55,928 bases of DNA from Oscillospiraceae bacterium. Its GTDB lineage: Bacteria > Bacillota > Clostridia > Oscillospirales > WRJC01. How positions within the stretch are numbered: the stretch's first letter is position 1; the number at the start of each line of letters is the position of its first letter. Positions 35,525 through 43,994 of this stretch are shown here, piece after piece. The stretch lies in the NCBI GenBank assembly GCA_009777355.1, contig WRMA01000002.1, positions 1 to 55,928 of the forward strand. Direction: 5' to 3'. The position numbers were made by a program, and so were the translations under genes. Under the pieces are notes generated by a model that saw nothing but the letters and a program-made list of their open reading frames with translations, did not search any database and had not been told where the DNA came from.

Positions 35525-38173
35525 CTATCCAAAAAATATATCTTTATTTTTTTTATTTTTAAACGCCGCAAGAATAATCGGCGGCGTCAAGCCCAGACAA
35601 ACAGAAACGAGAAAAATCAATATGCTTATTTCCCCGAATCTTAAAATTTCCCTGACCGGAGAAATAAAAACGGAACTGATAACGGCGCACAGATTTATTA
35701 TAAACGCCGCCGAAAAAAGTCTGTTTCTGAAAAATAATCTTAAATCGGACAAACGCCGGCATAAACAGACCGAGACCGAAATATGCGAGGTTATATAAGT
35801 TACGAACGCCGCCGTTTGGGCCGATTCTAATTCTCCCGGGTTTATATAAATCAAACAGGCGGAAAAAGCCGCCGAAGTAAACAAAAAAATCAGAACTCCC
35901 GAAATTAACCCGCGTTTTAATACGGCCCGGTTAAATTTCTTCGGGTCTTTATACTCCCCGAAATTTTTTCTCAATATATCCCAGTTTTTGTTATCTTCGC
36001 CGAAACACATAGAGACGGCGAGCATAAACCCCGTAATAGTTCCCGCAAACAATATCTGCATTGAATTTAAAATATACCCGCCGTCAATAAAAATTGCCGA
36101 CAACGCGATAAGATACTGCGATATAAAAAGCGAACAGGCGAAATAAACGCTCCGGCATATATTCCTGTAAATCAAAACCGAATCCCTGACCGTTTTAAGA
36201 AAAACCGAAAGCGTAAGGTTTTTTACTATGACGGACGCCTTGTTTTTCAGAACCCCGGCCTCCGCGCTTGCCGAAGCGAAAGAAACGCAGCGTTCGTTAA
36301 GCAGAATAAGCTCTGATATATCGTTTATTGTAACCGCGGGATATTTATTCCTGAACTCCAGGGCTTTCAGTAATTTCACTCTGCTGTAAAGACCGGCGGG
36401 AGCGAAAAGCCTGATTTTATCCGAGTTTATATAAAATATATCTTCTCCCGCAGCGGCTATTTTGCCGTCTCCGGAAATTTCGGCGGATTCATCCCCGGGG
36501 TCTTTTATTACGCCCAGTTTAACGGCGGCGTTTCTCGTGCGCAAATTATCCGAATCCGCAATCATAACCGGAGCGACTCCGCCTTTTTTTAAATAATCCG
36601 CGCTTTCGAATACGGCGGGGGATTTCGTTTCGGAAAAGCACGCGAAACCCATAAAATTCAAATCCCTGCCGGAAAAACCGGCCGGGGAATTAATACTTTC
36701 GGCGTATCTGTGATTAAAACTCTTCGCCGCGACGGCCATAACCAAATCATAGGACTTATATAAATCCTCGGTTTTTTCTTTAAGGGATTTCGCGACGGAA
36801 TCCGGACAGCAGTCTATAATACTCAACGCCTCGCCGAAACAGACCAGATTAAAAATATTCTCCCTCAAAACAATCGAGCTTCTTATGCCGTTCGCGTGAT
36901 TATAAACCGTCTTTCCCATCTTCTGATACGACTGATTTATTCCGTCATGATTCAGGCCGCATTTGCGGAGCGCCTCGAAAACCGCCTTATCGAGCGACGA
37001 ATCGGTATTCGAACACATCGCCATATATATTAAAACGCGGCCTATTTCGTGAGCGTTCGCGTTTGCGTTCGGGTTCGAGACGTCGATATCCGCGACTCTC
37101 TCCAGTTGCATTTCGTCCTGGGTGAACGATTCGTTCTTTTTGGCAATCAGCAAATCTATATTGTTTATTTCGTCGACGGTCAAAGGATTTTTTATGAGTA
37201 TACCGGATTCGGAGAGCCTTTTCATGCCGTATATAAGCGCAAAGTCGGCGATTACCGGGATTTGCTCTGAAAAACCCGCGGCAAAGAGAGCGACGGAGAT
37301 AAAAATTACCTGAATCGTATCCCTGCCCTGGATTATTCCCGAAACGATTATGAAAACGGATAAGAAAACGGACGCGAGAAAAAAATTCCTTGATATTATA
37401 TCAGCGCGGCGCTGCATAAACGAGGGCGCCGCGGGAGTTTCTCTCCCGGTTTTTTCTTCCGGTTTTTTCTCCGCCCGTCTTTTTGACGCGATACGGGTAT
37501 TTTTCCCCGTCGCGATAACAATCGCCGAAGAACTTCCCGACTCCGCGACGTCTCCGGCCAAGACTATATTATCGTCGTAATAAGAGTCTTCGTGGGTTTT
37601 CTCCATTCTGATAAGCCCGCCGTTTTCGTCCATGCGTATGCAGGAGAAATTCTCCGTGAAAACGAGCCTCGCGTCCGCCGGAACGATATCCCCCGCGGAT
37701 AATAATATAACGTCCCCGGGGACAATATTCTCTATATAAATATTTTTCCGGAGATTATTCCGCATAACAAGGGCTTTCGGACGGGCCGCGCCGTACAGAC
37801 GCGAAAAAATCCCCGAGCATATTATTCTGATTATAAAAGCGGAAACGGCCGGAAATATATATAAAACAGTAAATAAACATATATATATAATAAAATCAAA
37901 ATCCGGGGGTTCTATAATTATAACCGACAGGATTATCAATAAATATAAAATCCCGGTAACGCCGAAAGAAGCCGTAAGCATAGATTTTATACTCCGGTTC
38001 TTATTTTTCAGCCCGTAAAAATTATGCCGTTCAAGCATCGGGGAATCTATTATATTTTCTCCGTATCTGCGCTTTAATTTTATATACTGCTCGTCTGACA
38101 GTCCTTGCTTTTTGTCGGTAGAAAAAATAGATTCCAGTTCTTTTATATTCTTCCCCAACCCGTTAGCTCCCAT
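35525..38173 (-). CDS. P-type ATPase homologue with degenerate catalytic motifs
   Basis: It has the cation-ATPase N-terminus (GLSDEQYIKLKRRYGENII), an actuator-like PGDVILLSAGDIVPADARL, and about 10 TM segments. Several catalytic motifs are replaced: DKTGT by AKKNESFT (Lys at the Asp position, residue 345), TGES by ENGG, PEGLP by SEQIP, and GDGVNDAPAL by TINDISELILL. Confidence 0.75.
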   Translation of the reverse strand: MGANGLGKNIKELESIFSTDKKQGLSDEQYIKLKRRYGENIIDSPMLERHNFYGLKNKNRSIKSMLTASFGVTGILYLLIILSVIIIEPPDFDFIIYICLFTVLYIFPAVSAFIIRIICSGIFSRLYGAARPKALVMRNNLRKNIYIENIVPGDVILLSAGDIVPADARLVFTENFSCIRMDENGGLIRMEKTHEDSYYDDNIVLAGDVAESGSSSAIVIATGKNTRIASKRRAEKKPEEKTGRETPAAPSFMQRRADIISRNFFLASVFLSVFIIVSGIIQGRDTIQVIFISVALFAAGFSEQIPVIADFALIYGMKRLSESGILIKNPLTVDEINNIDLLIAKKNESFTQDEMQLERVADIDVSNPNANANAHEIGRVLIYMAMCSNTDSSLDKAVFEALRKCGLNHDGINQSYQKMGKTVYNHANGIRSSIVLRENIFNLVCFGEALSIIDCCPDSVAKSLKEKTEDLYKSYDLVMAVAAKSFNHRYAESINSPAGFSGRDLNFMGFACFSETKSPAVFESADYLKKGGVAPVMIADSDNLRTRNAAVKLGVIKDPGDESAEISGDGKIAAAGEDIFYINSDKIRLFAPAGLYSRVKLLKALEFRNKYPAVTINDISELILLNERCVSFASASAEAGVLKNKASVIVKNLTLSVFLKTVRDSVLIYRNICRSVYFACSLFISQYLIALSAIFIDGGYILNSMQILFAGTITGFMLAVSMCFGEDNKNWDILRKNFGEYKDPKKFNRAVLKRGLISGVLIFLFTSAAFSACLIYINPGELESAQTAAFVTYITSHISVSVCLCRRLSDLRLFFRNRLFSAAFIINLCAVISSVFISPVREILRFGEISILIFLVSVCLGLTPPIILAAFKNKKNKDIFFG

Positions 38174-38344
38174 TTTTTTATTTTCCCTTTTTTATAAAAT
38201 AAATTTAGAATATAAAAAATATATTAATATTATAATTTAATTAATCAGTATAGTCAAGTTTTTTATAAAATTATATTCAGAATATTAATAAATACGTGAT
38301 ATAATATAATTATTAAAATATAAAACGGAGTTGATTTTAAATTT

Positions 38345-39073
38345 ATGCATAATCAGAATCATGAAGAAATACTGATGAAAAAAGAAAAAAGAAAGAAAAT
38401 CCTTAAAATTATAGTTCTTTCGGTAACCGGCGTTTTTCTGTTGTCCTTCCTGACGATTTTTATTTTGTCGGCGGTTCAGAACTATATAAACGACAGGGAA
38501 ACCGCAAAAATCGAAGAGGAAAATATCTGGGCGGGACCGTTCCCCGAAGCGAACTACGGATTTAATATCTTTGACGACGCCGCGTATCTGGAACTCGACA
38601 GGAATATCCGGTTCAACGACGGAGGAACCGTGACGGTCATGACCGAAGAAAACAAAAGCTCCTACGCGCCCGAGCTGCAGTTCATGTACGACGCGATTAA
38701 TCTTATAATAAACGGCGACTATACGGAATACAACAAAATCTTCACGGAAGATTATATCGCCGCCGCGGGCGATAATCTGCCGGAGCGCTTTACGATGCAG
38801 CAGCTTTTTGAGATAGAGCTCGAATATCTGGGCAACACCGGACACGCGGGTCATAATCACGCCGGTCAGGTTAATCCCGCAAGCCGTCTCGATATAGACA
38901 TACAGCTGACCTATAAAATAAGAAACAACAACGGAACGTTCAGAAACGACCTCGATTTCGACGCTTCTTATTCCCGCGCCGTCGTTTATATGCTGGTCGC
39001 AGAACCGGACGGCTCCGATATAAAAGTCGATAAGATTCTTACGCAGAGACAGTACGAATCCGGACGGTTTTAG
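38345..39073 (+). CDS. Hypothetical membrane-anchored protein (242 aa)
   Basis: A basic N-terminus and one TM segment (ILKIIVLSVTGVFLLSFLTIFIL) precede a soluble domain. I recognise no family. The last base of its TAG stop is the G of a GTAGGGG module. Confidence 0.5.
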   Translation: MHNQNHEEILMKKEKRKKILKIIVLSVTGVFLLSFLTIFILSAVQNYINDRETAKIEEENIWAGPFPEANYGFNIFDDAAYLELDRNIRFNDGGTVTVMTEENKSSYAPELQFMYDAINLIINGDYTEYNKIFTEDYIAAAGDNLPERFTMQQLFEIELEYLGNTGHAGHNHAGQVNPASRLDIDIQLTYKIRNNNGTFRNDLDFDASYSRAVVYMLVAEPDGSDIKVDKILTQRQYESGRF

Positions 39074-39151
39074 TAGGGGCGCGCATTGCGCGTCCGCAGA
39101 ACCGACGTATTTTTAATGTTTTTCAAACGGACGGCCAATGGCCGCCCCTAC
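39073..39151. repeat. REPIN-like doublet (family-1 core without TIRs)
   Basis: GTAGGGGCGCGCattGCGCGTCCGC (39073-39097) and CGGACGGCCaatGGCCGCCCCTAC (39128-39151). It is wedged between two convergent CDS and overlaps both. Confidence 0.7.
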
Positions 39152-39596
39152 AATTAATTAAATTCAAATCCCAGGTATGCGTTCTTTCCGCGCGTTTTTT
39201 ACCCCGTTCCCTTCCCGAAAATACGCTTATATCAAGAGATATGCGCAGACAATTATCTTTATCGCTATAATCCGAGTCAAAAGTCATCACCGCGCCGAAC
39301 GGTTCGAAATCAAAGCCCGTACCGTTTCCGTTCCCGTTTTCTCCGGCTTCAAAAGCCGAATATTCAGCCGCCGCGCCTTTATATAATATATTTTCGCAGT
39401 AATTTATAAAACCCTTTGCGGCGCAATCATAAAATTTATTTATTTGATTTATTTTTTTGCCTTCGATATTTTTAATACCGGGGAATTTTATATTGATTTG
39501 CAAAACGCCGGCGTTTTTATATTTCAGCGTTTTTTTAAAATTATTCTCAAAAACTTCCGGATTATTTAAAATATTTAAATTATCTGAACTGCTCAA
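39123..39596 (-). CDS. Hypothetical protein; last 9 codons and stop lie inside the REP module
   Basis: The start is probably TTG 39596, with GAGG 8 nt upstream. GTG 39605 abuts the SD. INIKFPGIKNIEGKKINQINKF is reminiscent of DUF4163/RsiV-like N-terminal domains, but only weakly. The C-terminal CRGGHWPSV and TGA are encoded by the repeat. Confidence 0.5.
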   Translation of the reverse strand: MSSSDNLNILNNPEVFENNFKKTLKYKNAGVLQINIKFPGIKNIEGKKINQINKFYDCAAKGFINYCENILYKGAAAEYSAFEAGENGNGNGTGFDFEPFGAVMTFDSDYSDKDNCLRISLDISVFSGRERGKKRAERTHTWDLNLINCRGGHWPSV

Positions 39597-39702
39597 GAAA
39601 ATCACCTCAATATTTATTGTATGCCGCGTAATATAATAATTGCGTTCGCTTAATATAAATTTAAGGGCGGATTTTATATCCGCCCCCGCTTTTTTGTTTA
39701 TT

Positions 39703-40197
39703 TCAGAAATTACAGGAATCTTCTCCGCCGCCGCAAGGCCCGGGTTCTTTGCAATCGCCTTCGTTCCCCAACCCGAACTCGCAGCCGCAGCCGCATTCGC
39801 AGATTTCCTCCTCTTCGTCTTCGTCGGGGATTTCGGGCTGGCTCGCTCCGCACGAATAACAGAAGAGAAACGTCTTGCACAGCTCTTTTCCGCAGTTGAC
39901 GCAGAATTTTTTCTTCTTGATTTCAGCCGCTTTCGCCCTCTGCGCGCTTATGGAGTTCTCGATTTCGTCGATGCATCTGCAGAAATCGAGAATCTCGTCC
40001 GACACGCTTTCCGGCGAAATCCTGTATCCCCTGTAAACTATGCCGCCGATTTCTTTGAAGAAACTCTCGCGCTTAACCTCGTCGAACTTTATGTTCAGAG
40101 AAGTCTTCGTAAGCTCGACCACGTCGCCCGACGCCTTAATCGCCTTTTTTGCCGTTTCGTTGACCACTTTGCCCAGATTATCCAGAAAATCGCTCAT
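39703..40197 (-). CDS. Zinc-ribbon protein with Cys-rich acidic tail
   Basis: A GGAGG RBS is present. CVNCGKEL..FCYSCG is a zinc ribbon. The tail is EICECGCGCEFGLGNEGDCKEPGPCGGGEDSCNF. Confidence 0.6.
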   Translation of the reverse strand: MSDFLDNLGKVVNETAKKAIKASGDVVELTKTSLNIKFDEVKRESFFKEIGGIVYRGYRISPESVSDEILDFCRCIDEIENSISAQRAKAAEIKKKKFCVNCGKELCKTFLFCYSCGASQPEIPDEDEEEEICECGCGCEFGLGNEGDCKEPGPCGGGEDSCNF

Positions 40198-40371
40198 AAA
40201 AATATTACCTCCGTGTTTTATAAATAAAGATTTATTTTGCCGGTTAAGATTAGTATACTATTTATCGTATAATATTATACAACAAAAATATAAAATATGC
40301 AACAGAAAAATAAAAAATTATTATATTATATTATATTTATTAATTATTTGTTTATTTAAATGTAAAATTAT

Positions 40372-40412
40372 GCAAAAATAAATCCGGCGGCCGTTCAAGC
40401 CGCCGGATTTTT
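40372..40412. terminator. Bidirectional intrinsic terminator
   Basis: ATCCGGCGGCcgttcaaGCCGCCGGAT is a 10-bp stem with T-runs on both strands. It serves the minus-strand 91-aa gene. Confidence 0.75.
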
Positions 40413-40498
40413 GCCCAAAAATAACTTTGCTAAAAATTACACGTATCAAAAACCTTCGGTTTAAGTCCCGGATCAGCTTTAGCAAATAGACAAAGAGA

Positions 40499-40774
40499 TT
40501 AGCCCTGTTTTATTTTAGCGAAACAGTCGCTGCAATAAACGGGTCTGTCCGAGCTGGGTTGGAACGGAACTTTCGCTTCGCCGCCGCAGTCGGCGCATGT
40601 CGTGACATGCATTTCTTTTTGTGATTTCCCGGCATTTTTTCTTAAGTCGCGGCAATTTTTACATCTCTGAGGTTCGTTCTGGAATCCTCTTTCAGCATAA
40701 AATTCCTGTTCCCCGACAGTGAAAATGAAATCCTGTCCGCAGTCTTTGCATTGAATGGTTTTTTCTTGATACAT
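40499..40774 (-). CDS. CxxC-x17-CxxC zinc-binding protein (91 aa)
   Basis: CKDCGQDFIFTVGEQEFYAERGFQNEPQRCKNCR and CADCGGEAKVPFQPSSDRPVYCSDCF are two zinc-ribbon units typical of this small conserved family. Confidence 0.7.
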   Translation of the reverse strand: MYQEKTIQCKDCGQDFIFTVGEQEFYAERGFQNEPQRCKNCRDLRKNAGKSQKEMHVTTCADCGGEAKVPFQPSSDRPVYCSDCFAKIKQG

Positions 40775-40837
40775 GATATTACCTCGCTATTGTTTAAAAA
40801 AAATTATTATATATATATTAAAATTAATTAAATTAAT

Positions 40838-41482
40838 TTAATATTCAAAGATAAAATATTCGGCGTACGGTTTCAGTTTCGATTTAATCCGGCAAACCGC
40901 GTTGTCTATAGACTTGACGCTCTTGTTTAATATTTTCGCCATATACTTATAGCTTTTATCGTCTATGTACATACCCAGGACTTTTTTTTCGAACACGCTG
41001 AGGGCGAGGGTAAAATCCCGCTCGAACAGCGAGCGCAAATCTCGGGGGGCGAAGTAGCGGTCGCATATCGACAGTTCGCTCCCGCGCAAATCGTCGAGGG
41101 GAACGAAATCGGGATTATACCCGGCGCGCTTCCCCGTTTTGCCGCAGCGCCTCAGCAGGGAGAGTAAATAATTCCTGACGCATATATTCGCGAACGTCGA
41201 AAACTTTGCGTTTTTCATATAATCGTAGCGTTTGGCCGCCTTATATAAAATTATGCGGCACTCCTGGAACAAATCCTCGCTGTCCGCCCGGGAATAAAAA
41301 GACGCGGACCCGGGAGAACTATACAACTTTGACAGATTATAGGATATAATATAATTATATCTCTCGCAGAGCGTAACGAAGGCGTCGCCGTTACCGTTTT
41401 GTATTTCCCGTATAAGAGAAATATCGCTTACCGCCCTCTCTGTTTTTTCCTCCGCGCAAACCGTATCGAATATTTCAAGCAT
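40838..41482 (-). CDS. Sigma-70-family RNA polymerase sigma factor
   Basis: Region 2 (DLFQECRIILYKAAKRYDYMKNAKFSTFANICVRNYLLSLLRR) and region 4 (LSVFEKKVLGMYIDDKSYKYMAKILNKSVKSIDNAVCRIKSKL) are recognisable. I take the start at Met 21 of the track ORF. Confidence 0.75.
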   Translation of the reverse strand: MLEIFDTVCAEEKTERAVSDISLIREIQNGNGDAFVTLCERYNYIISYNLSKLYSSPGSASFYSRADSEDLFQECRIILYKAAKRYDYMKNAKFSTFANICVRNYLLSLLRRCGKTGKRAGYNPDFVPLDDLRGSELSICDRYFAPRDLRSLFERDFTLALSVFEKKVLGMYIDDKSYKYMAKILNKSVKSIDNAVCRIKSKLKPYAEYFIFEY

Positions 41483-41674
41483 CTGAAAAATCCCCGAATA
41501 TAAACATAAATCAACAACAGACACTAAACAGTATATCAGCAATATTAAAAAATGTCAATAAAAACAGAAAAATATTATACATTTTATTTAAAATTAATAA
41601 ATTGTTAACATTTATGCGTTATTTTTATATTATTTAATATTATTTTTTTATATTTTCAGGGGGTTATATTTAAA

Positions 41675-42115
41675 ATGAGAGCTGTCCTTCAAAGGGTGAG
41701 CGGCGCGTCGGTCTCTGTCGGAGGCGAAATCATAAGCAGTATCGGCAGGGGTTACGTCGTTCTTCTCGGCGTCGGGGTAAACGATACGAAAGAAAACGCG
41801 GATAAAATGGCGGACAAAATACAGAAGCTGCGTATTTTTCCCGACGAAAACGGCAAAACTAACTTATCCGTAGAAGATATAGACGGCGGGATATTAATAA
41901 TATCGCAGTTCACGCTGTATGCGGACAGCAGAAAGGGTAACCGTCCGAGCTTTACCGGAGCGGCGTCTCCCGGGTTCGCCGAGGAGCTCTACGAGTATTT
42001 TGCGGAAATCTGCGAGGGCAGATTCAAGAAGACGGGACGGGGCGTTTTCGGAGCGAATATGCAGGTTTCTCTCGTAAACGACGGGCCGTTCACGGTAATT
42101 TTAGAAATTGAGTAA
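41675..42115 (+). CDS. dtd: D-aminoacyl-tRNA deacylase
   Basis: MRAVLQRVSGASV...GRGYVVLLGVG..D...ADKMADKIQKLRIF....SQFTLYADSRKGNRPSF is the Dtd signature. Length is 146 aa. Confidence 0.9.
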   Translation: MRAVLQRVSGASVSVGGEIISSIGRGYVVLLGVGVNDTKENADKMADKIQKLRIFPDENGKTNLSVEDIDGGILIISQFTLYADSRKGNRPSFTGAASPGFAEELYEYFAEICEGRFKKTGRGVFGANMQVSLVNDGPFTVILEIE

Positions 42116-42134
42116 AATTTTTATCTTTAAGCGC

Positions 42135-42163
42135 TTGACAAAACCGAAAATAAAGGGTAAAAT
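42135..42163 (+). promoter_or_regulatory. Sigma-A-type promoter for tRNA-Ser
   Basis: TTGACA (42135-42140), 17-nt spacer, TAAAAT (42158-42163), about 25 nt before the tRNA 5' end. Confidence 0.6.
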
Positions 42164-42188
42164 AAGATAGGACAAAATAAAACGACCC

Positions 42189-42277
42189 GGAAGCGTATCG
42201 AAGCGGTCATAACGGAGCGCACTCGAAATGCGTTTGGGGGCAACCCCACGTGAGTTCGAATCTCACCGCTTCCGCCA
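42189..42277 (+). tRNA. tRNA-Ser (anticodon CGA), CCA encoded
   Basis: The acceptor stem is GGAAGCG/CGCTTCC. The anticodon stem GCGCA/TGCGT has loop CT-CGA-AA. There is a long variable arm (TGGGGGcaaCCCCA) and a T arm GTGAG-TTCGAAT-CTCAC. I folded it by hand. Confidence 0.85.
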
Positions 42278-42304
42278 GAAAGCAGAAAGCAGAAAGCAAA
42301 AAGC
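42277..42304 (+). repeat. Heptamer tandem repeat AGAAAGC x3 (+1 degenerate)
   Basis: agaaagc agaaagc agaaagc aaaaagc starts at the last base of the tRNA CCA. Confidence 0.8.
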
Positions 42305-42335
42305 CCGATTCTGACATAATTTTCGGGCTTTCATT
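42301..42335 (+). terminator. Terminator-like hairpin after tRNA-Ser
   Basis: AAGCCCGAttctgacataatttTCGGGCTT is followed by tcattct, a weak T-run. Confidence 0.5.
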
Positions 42336-42345
42336 CTGCCCAAAA

Positions 42346-42370
42346 AATTTTCACCCTGAATTTTCACCCT
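42346..42370 (+). repeat. 12-bp direct repeat AATTTTCACCCT x2
   Basis: The copies at 42346-42357 and 42359-42370 are separated by 1 nt. They lie between tRNA-Ser and vsr. Confidence 0.8.
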
Positions 42371-42402
42371 AAAATCACTCTTTTTAATACGAGGGCGCGG
42401 CA

Positions 42403-42813
42403 ATGGCTGACATATTCGATAAACGAAAGCGTTCTGAAATTATGAGCAGAACGCGTTCAAAAGGCAATAAATCTACCGAGTTGCGGCTTATTAAGTTATT
42501 TAAAGAAAACGGAATAACCGGATGGCGGCGGAATTATCCCGTAAAAGGCAAGCCGGATTTAGTTTTTATAAAACGGCGCATAGCGGTATTTACGGACGGC
42601 TGTTTCTGGCACGGTCACGACTGCCGGAATACCCGGCCGAGCGATAACGCCGAGTATTGGCAGAATAAACGCGAGCGTAATATGAAACGCGACGCAAAAA
42701 TCACAGAGCTTTTTGAAAAACGCGGGTGGCGCGTATTGAGAATATGGGAATGTGAATTAAAAAAGAAAAACTTATCCGAACTGCTTGAAAGAATAGCCTG
42801 GCTGATGCCGTAA
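42403..42813 (+). CDS. vsr: Very-short-patch repair endonuclease (Vsr)
   Basis: RSEIMSRTRSKGNKSTELRL...GKPDLVF...IAVFTDGCFWHGHDC...N..YW..K...N..RD is the Vsr signature. Length is 136 aa. Confidence 0.85.
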   Translation: MADIFDKRKRSEIMSRTRSKGNKSTELRLIKLFKENGITGWRRNYPVKGKPDLVFIKRRIAVFTDGCFWHGHDCRNTRPSDNAEYWQNKRERNMKRDAKITELFEKRGWRVLRIWECELKKKNLSELLERIAWLMP

Positions 42814-42863
42814 CTTTTGTTTTTGTGCATGACCGGTAATTCGGGGGTTTCGATTTACTGACT

Positions 42864-43853
42864 CTAAAAGCCGGTTACTCTCCCGTAAGCTTCTTTAGGC
42901 TTGCCGTCTCTGCCGAACAAAAGCGGGTGATTCGTTCTTTTCACGGGAAATCCGTTCAGCCACGACGCTTTGTCGTCGAGACCCCAGAACGTCACGCCGC
43001 CGATTTTGTCTTTGTTTTCGCGAAGTACGGCGAAAATTTGAGAGTAAAGTTCGGTCTGCGTTTTTAGCCTGTCCTCCGGAAGAGTTTCGAAATCAACGCC
43101 GCGTTCGTCGAATTTATACACAGATACGTCGAGTTCCGTAATATGAATTATTAATCCGAGCGACGAAAACAAATCTATCGATTTCTGAAGTTCGCCGACG
43201 TCGAAATATATGTCGTAATGCGCCTGCAGTCCGACTCCGTGTACGGGTATGTTTTTGTCTTTGAGCGATTTCAATAATTTATATATTTTTTCGCGTTTTT
43301 CGGGATTCTCTGTGTCGTAATCGTTATAAAACAGAAGAGCTCCGGGGTCGGCTTCATGAGCGTAAACAAACGCTTTCTCTATAAATTCTTCGCTCCCGGC
43401 GATTTCGAAATACGGCGATTTTTCTCGCAGATATTCTCCGTCAATATCAGAAACCGCCTCGTTTACGACGTCCCAGCAGTATATTTTCCCCGCGTATCTT
43501 TTCACGACTGTATCGATATGCTCTTGCATGTACGAGTATAAAATCTCTTTCGGGAGATTATTTTTATTCGAGTCTTTGTACATCCATTCGCCCGTCTGGT
43601 TATGCCAGACAAGGGTATGCCCCCTGATTTTTAAATTATTTTCTGCCGCGAAGTCCGCGAGCATGTCGGCTTTCTCAAACGTAAATCTATTGCGTTCCGG
43701 CTGAACGGACGCGGGTTTCATCTCGTTTTCGCAGGTTATTCCGGAAAATTCGGCTTTTATAAGCTCATGCCCGTATTCCAGAACTCCCGGATTAATCGCG
43801 ACCCCTATGTCAAAATAATTTTTGTACGCCTGTTTCAGCGTGATTTTTTCCAT
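42864..43853 (-). CDS. GH10 endo-1,4-beta-xylanase, no signal peptide (intracellular type)
   Basis: ITCENEMKP, RGHTLVWHNQ, WDVVNEA (acid/base) and ITELDV (nucleophile) are present. The N-terminus MEKITLKQAYKNYF has no signal peptide. Confidence 0.9.
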   Translation of the reverse strand: MEKITLKQAYKNYFDIGVAINPGVLEYGHELIKAEFSGITCENEMKPASVQPERNRFTFEKADMLADFAAENNLKIRGHTLVWHNQTGEWMYKDSNKNNLPKEILYSYMQEHIDTVVKRYAGKIYCWDVVNEAVSDIDGEYLREKSPYFEIAGSEEFIEKAFVYAHEADPGALLFYNDYDTENPEKREKIYKLLKSLKDKNIPVHGVGLQAHYDIYFDVGELQKSIDLFSSLGLIIHITELDVSVYKFDERGVDFETLPEDRLKTQTELYSQIFAVLRENKDKIGGVTFWGLDDKASWLNGFPVKRTNHPLLFGRDGKPKEAYGRVTGF

Positions 43854-43994
43854 AAAATCTTTTCTCCTGTGTTTATAATTTAATTTAAAATTTATTTTAT
43901 TTAATTATAGCGCAAAACGAACATATATGATATAATATAATTAAAATAATTTATTATATTTCTATATTTTTTATATTCGGAGGTATTGTTAAAG

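Noticed and set aside
40426-40486. A 9-bp inverted repeat TTTGCTAAA / TTTAGCAAA with a 43-nt spacer downstream of the 91-aa zinc-ribbon gene.
   Set aside because: The arms are short and AT-rich. They lie in a 3' UTR that already has two terminator hairpins. There is nothing to distinguish this from ordinary 3' UTR structure.
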